DNA of 64,000 nt from Escherichia phage vB_EcoM_NBG1. A program made the position numbers and the translations under genes. This document shows, one piece after another, positions 26,883 to 35,068 of this stretch. Location of the stretch: sequence record MH243438.1, one strand, 5' to 3'. The first letter of the stretch is position 1; the number at the start of each line of letters is the position of its first letter. Under the pieces are notes generated by a model that was not told where the DNA came from, ran no database searches, and saw nothing but the letters and a program-made list of their open reading frames with translations.

Positions 26883-27459
26883 ACAATCCTGTTAAATCAT
26901 TCCAATGCTTCCGGCATAATGACACATATCTATCGGTATCACCAATTTCAATTTGACTGCCATCTGTAATTGGAAGACCGTCTTCCGTGACTCTAGCTAC
27001 CATTGTGGCCTTTTTACCACAATGACAGACACCTTTAAGTTCAACAAGCTTATCGGCAATAGCCATTAATGCTTGAGAACCTTCAAATAGATTACCTTTA
27101 AAATCTGTTCGTAGTCCATATGCCATTACCGGCACATTGTATACGTCAACAATACGACTAAGTTGATACACCTTTTCAGTAGTTAAGAACTGAGCTTCGT
27201 CAACAAATACGCAGTGAATATCCTTTTGTGCTGCAGCCCATTTATAGAATTCAAAGATATCCATGTCTTTTGTAATTATATTGGCGTCCTGACGAATACC
27301 AATACGAGAGACTATTTCACCTTTTGAATCGCGAGTATCAATAGCCGGTTTAAGAACTAATACACCCATGCCACGTTCTTTATAGTTATGTGCGGCAGTA
27401 AGTAATGAAGCAGACTTACCAGCGTTCATAGCGGCATAGGTAAAAATTAAACTAGCCAT
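26878..27459 (-). CDS. tk: Thymidine kinase
   Basis: MASLIFTYAAMNAGKSASLLTAAHNYKERG... 193 aa, close match to T4 Tk. Confidence 0.9.
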   Translation of the reverse strand: MASLIFTYAAMNAGKSASLLTAAHNYKERGMGVLVLKPAIDTRDSKGEIVSRIGIRQDANIITKDMDIFEFYKWAAAQKDIHCVFVDEAQFLTTEKVYQLSRIVDVYNVPVMAYGLRTDFKGNLFEGSQALMAIADKLVELKGVCHCGKKATMVARVTEDGLPITDGSQIEIGDTDRYVSLCRKHWNDLTGLL

Positions 27460-27468
27460 AAGAGTCCC

Positions 27469-27651
27469 TTATAGTGAATTCACGTAGTCAATGAGTTCTT
27501 GTTCTTTCCTGTCAAATGATTCCAACAATGCTTGATATTCTTCGTCCGTCAAAGGAGCATATTCATCATACGCATTGGTGGCTGCTTGCTCATCCAATAG
27601 GTCATGGATAAGTTCAAACAGTTTAGTTTTCTCTTCTTTAGTCAATTTCAT
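27469..27651 (-). CDS. hypothetical protein
   Basis: 60-aa acidic ORF. Confidence 0.45.
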   Translation of the reverse strand: MKLTKEEKTKLFELIHDLLDEQAATNAYDEYAPLTDEEYQALLESFDRKEQELIDYVNSL

Positions 27652-27875
27652 TTAGGTTCACCTTCTTTAACGAAATCTGGGTAAGGGTAAAATCCTGAGT
27701 AAAACCATTCACCTTTATGATTGCTACAACCTTTGTTCGAACAGTAACACCAATAATCAAAATCACAAGCCATTTCGTCATTGCATAAAGCAAAAACTAC
27801 AGGCCATTCGCATTTTTCGCATTTAGCACCTGTAAGAATTTTTGTTTGACTCATAGCCATGTCACCTTTAAGCAA
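27648..27875 (-). CDS. cysteine-rich small protein
   Basis: 75 aa with multiple Cys pairs. Confidence 0.5.
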   Translation of the reverse strand: MLKGDMAMSQTKILTGAKCEKCEWPVVFALCNDEMACDFDYWCYCSNKGCSNHKGEWFYSGFYPYPDFVKEGEPK

Positions 27876-28078
27876 TATTCTTCTACATGTTGTTTACGGC
27901 CTTTCTTATCAATAAAGGTATATTCAACGAATGTTCCGATGTAGTCTTTATCTACATCATGTGGACTATTAATTGGACATTTAGTACGACAAATGCGTTC
28001 CCATTGACGAATAATTACTGCCTTATTCTTTGGATCGTATGGATGTGGATAATGTATATTCATAATAACGGTTCCCAA
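27851..28078 (-). CDS. hypothetical protein
   Basis: 75-aa ORF. Confidence 0.45.
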   Translation of the reverse strand: MGTVIMNIHYPHPYDPKNKAVIIRQWERICRTKCPINSPHDVDKDYIGTFVEYTFIDKKGRKQHVEEYCLKVTWL

Positions 28079-28557
28079 TCAACAATCACAATTTCTAGTT
28101 TAGTAGAATACGTATCTAAAATCTCTTCGATGACATCCCAGTTTCCACCACCAATACCTGCACCAATTCTTGGCATATAAATTACAGGCTTTGTTATCTT
28201 ATTCTTTCCGAATTCATTTAATTCTATTATACAATTCATTAAAGCAGAGTACTCAAAATTAGGTCCCGGCTCAAACTGTGTATAAAGATTAAAGCAATAA
28301 GCTTTATAGGTCTTAAAATATTTTTCATAAACCGAATAAGTCCCGAGTTTAGACTTGTCTCCGAATTCGGTTTGAAGTTTATCGGCTTCTAAAATTTTTG
28401 GATAAGCCTTTGCTAATTGGCCTGCTACACCGGCGCCCATTGTATGAAAACAATTACACCCATGAGCAATATTATTACCTTTAGAAAACAGGGCGACAAT
28501 ATCGCCCTTGATATAGTTTTTAATCACTTGCTGCAAGTCCTCTATTATAAGAGTCAA
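28060..28557 (-). CDS. Macro-domain-like protein (possible ADP-ribose binding/processing)
   Basis: GNNIAHGCNCFHTMGAGVAGQL and MPRIGAGIGGG resemble the two macro-domain glycine-rich motifs. Confidence 0.5.
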   Translation of the reverse strand: MTLIIEDLQQVIKNYIKGDIVALFSKGNNIAHGCNCFHTMGAGVAGQLAKAYPKILEADKLQTEFGDKSKLGTYSVYEKYFKTYKAYCFNLYTQFEPGPNFEYSALMNCIIELNEFGKNKITKPVIYMPRIGAGIGGGNWDVIEEILDTYSTKLEIVIVDWEPLL

Positions 28558-28867
28558 CTAGACGGTCCACCATAGAATTGCATGCTGCCTTATCTTTAGG
28601 TTCCGCCACTGAGCATTCTAATATTTGCCATTTTTTATAGTATCTTTTAATTAAGGTAGACGCCTTGAACCTACTAGACGCCCCATCTTTTTCTCCGTCT
28701 TTATACGCGTATAACAATTTTTGTGAAAAATCTACTTTACACTCTTGACTTTTACCACAATAATCAGACGCCGTTCTGTTTGTATACTCCGTTACATCAG
28801 TATATGTAGTATTAGCAAGAGCGTTAAATGAAACCAAGCTAACTATTAAAGCCAACATTTTGGTCAT
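28520..28867 (-). CDS. secreted protein
   Basis: 115 aa with N-terminal signal-like MTKMLALIVSLVSFNALA and four Cys. Confidence 0.5.
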   Translation of the reverse strand: MTKMLALIVSLVSFNALANTTYTDVTEYTNRTASDYCGKSQECKVDFSQKLLYAYKDGEKDGASSRFKASTLIKRYYKKWQILECSVAEPKDKAACNSMVDRLVDSYNRGLAASD

Positions 28868-29406
28868 TCTTTTATTTCCAGTAGTTTATTTGATTTAAGG
28901 TAATTAGCCTTTTCTAGGACTTCAGAAGCATATTTACTTCCAGCACTTGTCTTCCATCCCGCATTATATGAGGATATAGCTTTTCTTATATCCCCGTTAT
29001 GTATATTTAACCAATAAGAAAATTCGATATAAGCCCATCTGGCTGAATTAGACCGCTTAGATAGCATTTTCTTAATTTGGGCATCAGTCATATTATAACC
29101 AAGCTGGTTAATTCTTGCCCTCATTGTTGGTAGATAATTTTGGAACATTCCATACGCATGGTGACCTTTCTTATCTTTAAGATTAATACCGGCAGATGAT
29201 TCCTGCCATAGTATTGCGGCCATTATGTATCCAAGTCCTTTCTTATGCATATTTTCATGCGTTTTAAATTTTCCGTCCTTAGAAAACTGTTCCCCAAACT
29301 GATAAGCATAATTCAAGTTATCGAGTTGGACATTACTAAAAGTATGCTCGGAGCTATGTGCTGATAACGAAAGAGCAAATAGACCAGCGAGTAGTGCTTT
29401 TCTCAT
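28864..29406 (-). CDS. Periplasmic lytic transglycosylase-like protein (SLT domain)
   Basis: Signal peptide MRKALLAGLFALSLSA; motifs LWQESSAG, GMFQ, SSYNAGW. Confidence 0.6.
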   Translation of the reverse strand: MRKALLAGLFALSLSAHSSEHTFSNVQLDNLNYAYQFGEQFSKDGKFKTHENMHKKGLGYIMAAILWQESSAGINLKDKKGHHAYGMFQNYLPTMRARINQLGYNMTDAQIKKMLSKRSNSARWAYIEFSYWLNIHNGDIRKAISSYNAGWKTSAGSKYASEVLEKANYLKSNKLLEIKE

Positions 29407-29414
29407 GTTTACCT

Positions 29415-29873
29415 CTAGATTTTAATCACTGCTTTAGAAGCTTTTCCTGGTAGTCGTTTACTGTTAATAATAGCCATTCTGCATTGAAGAGTCTTCATTT
29501 TGAATGCCGGATTTTCGCGACAAACTGTAAGTCCTAACCAAAGATTTCCGTCAGTTATTTCTAAACGGCCTGGACGATACTCGACACCTTCGACAAAATC
29601 TTCATCAACATCTGGACGTGCCGGCATTGATAAAAATTCTGCAACTTCTTTAACGTGATTTTTTACTTTATGAAATAATTCAAAAACGTAATTCTCATCT
29701 ATTTCTCTCTGGATGGCACGATCTAAGAGATGTTGAGAATACTTGATATGAAAGCCTGGTAGTCCAAGAGACTTTGCAGCATCTTTTATACCGGCATTTA
29801 TTTTGCGGAACTCCGTTTCAAAGATTCGACGGAGTTTATTACGGCGGATAAAAACTTCCGAATTGATAGTCAT
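29415..29873 (-). CDS. regB: RegB endoribonuclease
   Basis: MTINSEVFIRRNKLRR...LKYSQHLLDRAIQREIDE...RPGRLEITDGNLWLG...QCRMAIINS.RLPGKASKAVIK matches T4 RegB. Confidence 0.85.
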   Translation of the reverse strand: MTINSEVFIRRNKLRRIFETEFRKINAGIKDAAKSLGLPGFHIKYSQHLLDRAIQREIDENYVFELFHKVKNHVKEVAEFLSMPARPDVDEDFVEGVEYRPGRLEITDGNLWLGLTVCRENPAFKMKTLQCRMAIINSKRLPGKASKAVIKI

Positions 29874-29880
29874 TTTGATT

Positions 29881-29930
29881 TCTCCTCTAGTTGACAAGTC
29901 TATAGTAACACAACTAGAGGAGAAGTAAAC
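29881..29930 (-). promoter_or_regulatory. regB early promoter with anti-SD/SD stem
   Basis: Minus strand GTTTAC-TTCTCCTCTAG-TTGTGT-TACTAT-...-CTAGAGGAGA-AATCAAA-ATG; 10-bp perfect inverted repeat. Confidence 0.55.
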
Positions 29931-30229
29931 TACTCTTTGAAAGGAATTAACTTTTTAACTGCTTTAGATACTTCGTCACGAACCTGATGGAAGTTCTTGA
30001 GCTGTTCAAGGCGTTGTTCGTAATACGCAATCTCATCTTCTTCAAGACAATCGTCAGCGTCTTCTTTCAGATATGCCTTGTACTCATTAAAGAGGGCCCA
30101 TAGGCGGTTCTCAAAGTCATCAAGGCTTTGAATTTTCTTGTGCTTCGGAACAAGGCCAAAAGGATTGCTTTCAGTTATGCGTCTAGATGCTTCATAATGA
30201 GTTCCAAAGCCTGATAGGATTTGAGCCAT
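29930..30229 (-). CDS. hypothetical protein
   Basis: 99-aa ORF. Confidence 0.5.
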   Translation of the reverse strand: MAQILSGFGTHYEASRRITESNPFGLVPKHKKIQSLDDFENRLWALFNEYKAYLKEDADDCLEEDEIAYYEQRLEQLKNFHQVRDEVSKAVKKLIPFKE

Positions 30230-30510
30230 TAGTATTTTTCCTCAGGTCGAAATACTGCACGACATGCCCACATGCTGGCTTCTTTTAGATGTTGCTTAGC
30301 ATACTTAAGAGCCTGTACTGCATCCATATCTTCTTTGGTTTGTTGCTCTGTTTCATTTTCTTTCAAGATATATGCTTCTTCAATCAGAGCATCAAACAAC
30401 AATCCAAGACGGACTTCTGCATCTTTAATAGCGTTCACTTTACCGATTTTATCATCGGTATGCGGCTTGTAGCCTTTGATGTCTTCAATCGACATAAGGA
30501 ATTTCCTCAT
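30229..30510 (-). CDS. hypothetical protein (T4 vs.4 position)
   Basis: 93 aa from internal Met [13 protein letters not shown]; assignment positional only. Confidence 0.4.
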   Translation of the reverse strand: MRKFLMSIEDIKGYKPHTDDKIGKVNAIKDAEVRLGLLFDALIEEAYILKENETEQQTKEDMDAVQALKYAKQHLKEASMWACRAVFRPEEKY

Positions 30511-30709
30511 CGGTGGCAAGGTCATATTCGACCAATTGGATAGGCTCATTAATACCATATCCACGTACAGTGATATCAGTTGCCGGATAGTTTCCAGTAA
30601 TATCACCCATTCTAAATGCTTCAATGAATGATTGCTCGCCTGAGCAACTAAACCAGGCGGCAAAACATTTTAAAACATCTTCAGACCCTTCTATAATCAA
30701 TTTAGCCAT
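30485..30709 (-). CDS. hypothetical protein
   Basis: 74-aa ORF. Confidence 0.45.
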   Translation of the reverse strand: MAKLIIEGSEDVLKCFAAWFSCSGEQSFIEAFRMGDITGNYPATDITVRGYGINEPIQLVEYDLATDEEIPYVD

Positions 30710-31071
30710 TATAGACTCTCAGTAAAGGTACGAGCGATAACGTCGCGCTGCTGTTCCGGAGTCAGAGAGTTAAAGCGAACTGCATAACCGGATACACGGA
30801 TGGTCAACTGCGGATATTTTTCTGGATGCTTAACTGCATCTTCCAGAGTTTCACGACGCAGAACATTAACGTTCAGGTGTTGACCACCTTCAATTTTAAC
30901 TTTAGGTTGATGTTCAATTTCAATTTCACGGGCATTCAAACCGTAGAAAATTTCCGGGTCTACAATAGCGTCTTCTTTAAAAGTCTTAGAGACAATAATC
31001 CGGGCTTGAGTACCGTCTTCAAAATAAATAGTGCCTTTGTGTGTGCCTTCAAGAATTTGATATGCTTTCAT
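30709..31071 (-). CDS. Autonomous glycyl-radical cofactor (GrcA/YfiD-like; T4 Y06I equivalent)
   Basis: C-terminal [29 protein letters not shown] is the glycyl-radical motif. Confidence 0.8.
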   Translation of the reverse strand: MKAYQILEGTHKGTIYFEDGTQARIIVSKTFKEDAIVDPEIFYGLNAREIEIEHQPKVKIEGGQHLNVNVLRRETLEDAVKHPEKYPQLTIRVSGYAVRFNSLTPEQQRDVIARTFTESL

Positions 31072-31077
31072 ATAACC

Positions 31078-31386
31078 TCAATTAGAAAATAAATTTATCC
31101 AAGTTTTTTCTTTAATCAAAAATGGGTCGGAATTAAACGCCATTAAACTTTGAGTGATTAATCCCTTAAATGGCCCATCAATAAATTCCATTTTGAAATG
31201 TGGAATACTAGTCATCAACCGTGCATTAGGAGCAGTACAAAGAACCTGCTGCCCTGCGAACGGACCTTTAGTCAAACGGTATCGTTTAGGTTTAAAATGG
31301 TAAATCTCGTAATTTTCTACAAGGGCCCTTTTATTGCATACTGGGCTGGTATAACAATATTCAAAAACTTCAATAGTGGTCATCAT
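31078..31386 (-). CDS. hypothetical protein
   Basis: 102-aa ORF. Confidence 0.5.
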   Translation of the reverse strand: MMTTIEVFEYCYTSPVCNKRALVENYEIYHFKPKRYRLTKGPFAGQQVLCTAPNARLMTSIPHFKMEFIDGPFKGLITQSLMAFNSDPFLIKEKTWINLFSN

Positions 31387-31958
31387 TGCATTCCAATCAC
31401 AAAAAATTGAGGACGAGCATTACCGCCGATGCAATATTTGCTTTTGCAACAGTGTTGGACTGTTTTAATATGTACATTGTAAATCTTATCCATATCAGGA
31501 GCTTTAATAGGCTCGTCAATTATATACAGAATACGAGAAAGCGTTAATCCACGGAATTTAGAACCTTCATTGCCAATAAAACTACGAACAGAATCAGTAA
31601 ATAAACGGAATCGAATATCGTCGCTAGAATAACGAGAAAATTCTTTTTCAATGTTGCCAGCAGAAATTTTAGCATAAGCTGAAGTATTAGAAAGAACAAT
31701 AACTGTTCCGCCATCATACAGCCAATTAGCAGCAAAGTTAGTCACAGCAATTGATTTACCTGATTGTCGGCCGCCGTCTAAACGAAGTGTACAGTACTGC
31801 TTGAGTACGTCTTCAAATGGTGGGACGTAACCGTTCTTACAAATTTCTTCTACTCTAGCATCAGAATGGTGTGTAAAAGCATTCATCAGGGATAGATAAG
31901 GTCCAGTTAAAAATGTTCTCATATTATTTCTCTTAAGGTTGGGGCCCTTCCGTGGCAC
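31383..31958 (-). CDS. hypothetical protein with P-loop-like motif
   Basis: 191 aa; GGRQSGKS motif. Confidence 0.45.
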   Translation of the reverse strand: MPRKGPNLKRNNMRTFLTGPYLSLMNAFTHHSDARVEEICKNGYVPPFEDVLKQYCTLRLDGGRQSGKSIAVTNFAANWLYDGGTVIVLSNTSAYAKISAGNIEKEFSRYSSDDIRFRLFTDSVRSFIGNEGSKFRGLTLSRILYIIDEPIKAPDMDKIYNVHIKTVQHCCKSKYCIGGNARPQFFVIGMQ

Positions 31959-32094
31959 ATGTTAGGTCCTTCGACTCGCTATGTAAACCCATTACCGCAT
32001 TGCGCTCGACCTTATTACAGGTTGGAAAAGGTACATCACTCAGAGGACTCGACGTTCATGAGGAGAGGTTGCGTTTCCCTTTATTAGGCAAGAA

Positions 32095-32424
32095 TTATAC
32101 TCTAGGCTTTTGAGCTTGTTTGGTATTGGATTCCCATGCGGCTTTGGTAATTTTGTTAGCGGCATAACCAAAGGCATTAGATAGAACACCTTTAGAGTTG
32201 AATACATCCAATCCAATAAGTACACCGGCTGTGTTAAATTTAGGAGCAAAGTACGCATTAGTTTTAGAAAGAGCTTTTTTCAATTCAGGGTCTTGAACCA
32301 AGCCATCAAAAACGCCTTTACTATTTACTTTGTATGTTACTTTGGGATTTTTACCTTCTTCGATAGCAGCTTTCTGTTCCGCAGATAATGTAACTTCAGT
32401 GATAAACTCCTGATATGTTTTCAT
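32095..32424 (-). CDS. Internal-protein-like capsid protein with N-terminal targeting sequence
   Basis: Starts MKTYQEFITE, the conserved T4 internal-protein targeting sequence. Confidence 0.6.
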   Translation of the reverse strand: MKTYQEFITEVTLSAEQKAAIEEGKNPKVTYKVNSKGVFDGLVQDPELKKALSKTNAYFAPKFNTAGVLIGLDVFNSKGVLSNAFGYAANKITKAAWESNTKQAQKPRV

Positions 32425-32449
32425 TTTGTTCCTATTGTTTTAATTTATG

Positions 32450-32764
32450 TTATTCTTTAGGGAAGTTTTTAGAGTATGCATCATAAAGTTTATTACCAAT
32501 ACGACGGAAGACTTTAGCTGCAAAACGGTTTTCAGGGTTTTTAATCATGATTTGCATCATGTAAGTTCCTGCATCCGAAAGAGCTTCTTCATAGTACCCA
32601 TTAATTTCTTTAAGAGTCCTACGTTTACCACCAGGACCATCAACAGTAATTTTCCATTTACCTGTAGAAGTGCGGCTCGGTGGCTCAACTTGTTCAATCC
32701 AAATATAACCACCTTCAACGCGTTGGTTGGCGGATTCTGCAATAAATTCTTTATACGTTTTCAT
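32450..32764 (-). CDS. Internal-protein-like protein
   Basis: Starts MKTYKEFIAE. Confidence 0.6.
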   Translation of the reverse strand: MKTYKEFIAESANQRVEGGYIWIEQVEPPSRTSTGKWKITVDGPGGKRRTLKEINGYYEEALSDAGTYMMQIMIKNPENRFAAKVFRRIGNKLYDAYSKNFPKE

Positions 32765-32828
32765 TTTTTGTTTCCTTGTTTGTTTTGATAGAGTAATTAT
32801 ACCATATTAATACTTAAGCGTAAACAAT

Positions 32829-33089
32829 TTAAGCTTTACCGCCAGAAATAATTCCGAAGTTGTTAAAATCGTATCCAGTATCGTCAACATCCACTTTAGG
32901 ACTTGCTACAACATAAGCAATTTCACTACGTTTTGCATAGGTGTTGATTTCTTTACCATCGCCACCTAAGAAAGAATACCCATTACGTTTTAATGAGCCA
33001 AAGTCTTCGGCATCACCAATGAAAGCTTTAACTTTAAATTTAGGACATTTGGCATCTGCTTCAATGATAAATTCTTGATACATTTTCAT
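32829..33089 (-). CDS. Internal-protein-like protein
   Basis: Starts MKMYQEFIIE. Confidence 0.55.
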   Translation of the reverse strand: MKMYQEFIIEADAKCPKFKVKAFIGDAEDFGSLKRNGYSFLGGDGKEINTYAKRSEIAYVVASPKVDVDDTGYDFNNFGIISGGKA

Positions 33090-33095
33090 TTTTCC

Positions 33096-33509
33096 TTAGT
33101 AAATTGATTTACCATAGTATTTGTACCAAGTCGGACGTTGAGCAATTTTTTCATCTAAGCGTGCTTGACTTATCGCAATGGACTCTTCGGACGGGATGTA
33201 ATTATTACGAAATTCTACAGGAATGTCGGAAATATCCTGGACTGTCGTGTCCTTGATTTTGAAACCACGTTTCAAACATTCGGCTATTAGCTCGATTTGA
33301 CGTAAACGTAAAAATTCGAGTTTGTCGTAAAAGAATGTTACGTGACCTGTGCCTAAGATAAATGTTGGAGAGATTTTAAAATCTTTTACACGTTTACCAT
33401 TTTGAACATGTTTACGGACTGCACCAAATACGCGTGGTAATTCACGATACTCAGCCATAAGATGTTGGTCGGACAGTTCAGAAACAAGTGTTAAATTGAT
33501 ACGAGTCAT
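33096..33509 (-). CDS. denV: Endonuclease V (pyrimidine-dimer DNA glycosylase)
   Basis: [35 protein letters not shown]... close match to T4 DenV. Confidence 0.9.
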   Translation of the reverse strand: MTRINLTLVSELSDQHLMAEYRELPRVFGAVRKHVQNGKRVKDFKISPTFILGTGHVTFFYDKLEFLRLRQIELIAECLKRGFKIKDTTVQDISDIPVEFRNNYIPSEESIAISQARLDEKIAQRPTWYKYYGKSIY

Positions 33510-33513
33510 AATT

Positions 33514-33566
33514 TCCTCCAAGTAGTTGATAGATGTATAGTATCAAAGTCCTTGGAGGAAGTAAAC
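33514..33566 (-). promoter_or_regulatory. denV early promoter with anti-SD/SD stem
   Basis: Minus strand GTTTAC-TTCCTCCAAG-...TACTAT...-CTTGGAGGAA-ATT-ATG; 10-bp perfect inverted repeat. Confidence 0.55.
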
Positions 33567-33567
33567 A

Positions 33568-33849
33568 CTATTTTTCTGAAGCGCCTGAAATATATTTTTC
33601 AAGACGTTGTTTCATTAGCGAGCCGTTCTTAGCGATTTCTTCTGGTTTATCGCACATACGCAACAAGGCTTCAAGCTTAGCGATATCGCTGGTACGTTCA
33701 AATTTGCGAGTATCTATCTTACTAGCAAGTTCAGAAATACGTGCTAATAGACTTTCGGCTTCAACCAAAGCTGCACCTAACTTAGTTGCAAATGTGTCAG
33801 TAGCTTCATTAAGAATAGATTCTGATAAAAATTCACTATATGTTTTCAT
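33568..33849 (-). CDS. Internal-protein-like protein
   Basis: Starts [10 protein letters not shown] at internal Met of track ORF. Confidence 0.55.
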   Translation of the reverse strand: MKTYSEFLSESILNEATDTFATKLGAALVEAESLLARISELASKIDTRKFERTSDIAKLEALLRMCDKPEEIAKNGSLMKQRLEKYISGASEK

Positions 33850-34334
33850 ATATACGCTTTCCAAGTTCCTGTTTTAAATGTTGAGATTACGCGTTTCGCG
33901 CGATTAGGTGTCTGACGATACCATTTAGATTGGGCTAGATTTACTGCCGCTTCATCCCAACGTTTCTGTTGAAGCATACGAAGAGAATTAGTAAAACCGG
34001 CGACGCCTGCTACGCCCATTTGGAAGACCATATTGACCAATGCACATCGACGAACCGCATCTAAAGAATCATATACCGGTTTAAGTTTAGCATTACCCAA
34101 GATTCCGCGAACGGCTTTATCAACGTCTTCATTAAATAGCTTTTCAGCCTCATCAAGGGTAATTGTACCGTTGCATTTACGACCGATCATTCTGTCAAGT
34201 TCAGCTTTAGCTACGGCTAAAGACGGGTTCTTTGTTACTAAATGGCCTATGCCAATCGTCCAAAAGCCTTCAGTGTCTTTGTATAAAGTCAGTCTAAGAC
34301 CTTCGTCATTACGAAGCATTTCAAATATATTCAT
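33846..34334 (-). CDS. e: Lysozyme (endolysin) e
   Basis: [32 protein letters not shown]... near-identical to T4 lysozyme. Confidence 0.9.
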   Translation of the reverse strand: MNIFEMLRNDEGLRLTLYKDTEGFWTIGIGHLVTKNPSLAVAKAELDRMIGRKCNGTITLDEAEKLFNEDVDKAVRGILGNAKLKPVYDSLDAVRRCALVNMVFQMGVAGVAGFTNSLRMLQQKRWDEAAVNLAQSKWYRQTPNRAKRVISTFKTGTWKAYI

Positions 34335-34362
34335 AATACCTCCCACGTTTATAGGAGGTATT
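34335..34362 (-). promoter_or_regulatory. Hairpin sequestering the lysozyme Shine-Dalgarno
   Basis: 9-bp stem AATACCTCC/GGAGGTATT; 3' arm abuts ATG; loop TATAAACGTG resembles late-promoter core. Confidence 0.55.
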
Positions 34363-34368
34363 TATTAC

Positions 34369-34827
34369 TTATAGTAGGGTAGTGAGTACCTTATATAACG
34401 ATTTGCCCATCACATATTCCCATTGAGAAGGTTTAATTAAAGCGAATGCATCAAATTCAGGAATCTGTCGTCCGTCTGGGAATGTATGATAGGAATTACA
34501 AACACTGTTTCTGAATTGCTCGTGCTCTACAGGGATGGTATATAGGAACAGATGAATATTCTTATTGTCTGAGTAATGATGTTCACCTAGGTCTTTCAGG
34601 AAGGCAGGGTCGTATTGTGTAAACCCAGTTTCTTCTTCGCATTCACGAATAGCGGCTTCAATAGGAGATTCGCCAGGTTCGACACGGCCTTTAGGAATAT
34701 CCCACCTATGAGCTAATGCACCTTTAGAACGAGAACCAGTTACACGCCCCATGAATAATTCTTTATCTTCGGTAAGGAAAATAATACCGGCTGATAGTTC
34801 TTTCACTTTATTTTTCTTACTCATCAT
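34369..34827 (-). CDS. nudE: Nudix hydrolase
   Basis: Nudix box GRVEPGESPIEAAIRECEEETGF. Confidence 0.8.
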   Translation of the reverse strand: MMSKKNKVKELSAGIIFLTEDKELFMGRVTGSRSKGALAHRWDIPKGRVEPGESPIEAAIRECEEETGFTQYDPAFLKDLGEHHYSDNKNIHLFLYTIPVEHEQFRNSVCNSYHTFPDGRQIPEFDAFALIKPSQWEYVMGKSLYKVLTTLL

Positions 34828-35068
34828 CTCGGTCCCATGATTTGGCCATTAATTCGGACATAAATTCTTCAATGCGCGTTTCTTTAGATGGACTTTCACT
34901 ATTAGAGACCGCAAGTTTGTAATCTGCAATAGGACAGAACATATCAAGGTCCATATTAAGGTCGTCTTTGATTTTTTCTTCTGACACATCTTTATCGTAT
35001 GTGTACAGATAACTATCACATGATTCTGATTTAATGTAAATTGCTATACTCATCTCAAATTCCTGCAT
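34817..35068 (-). CDS. hypothetical protein
   Basis: 83-aa acidic ORF. Confidence 0.45.
   Translation of the reverse strand: MQEFEMSIAIYIKSESCDSYLYTYDKDVSEEKIKDDLNMDLDMFCPIADYKLAVSNSESPSKETRIEEFMSELMAKSWDRDDE

Noticed and set aside
32040-32258. 72-aa ORF over the GC-rich intergenic region
   Set aside because: Overlaps the internal-protein gene out of frame, has no Shine-Dalgarno and a Pro/Leu-rich low-complexity translation.
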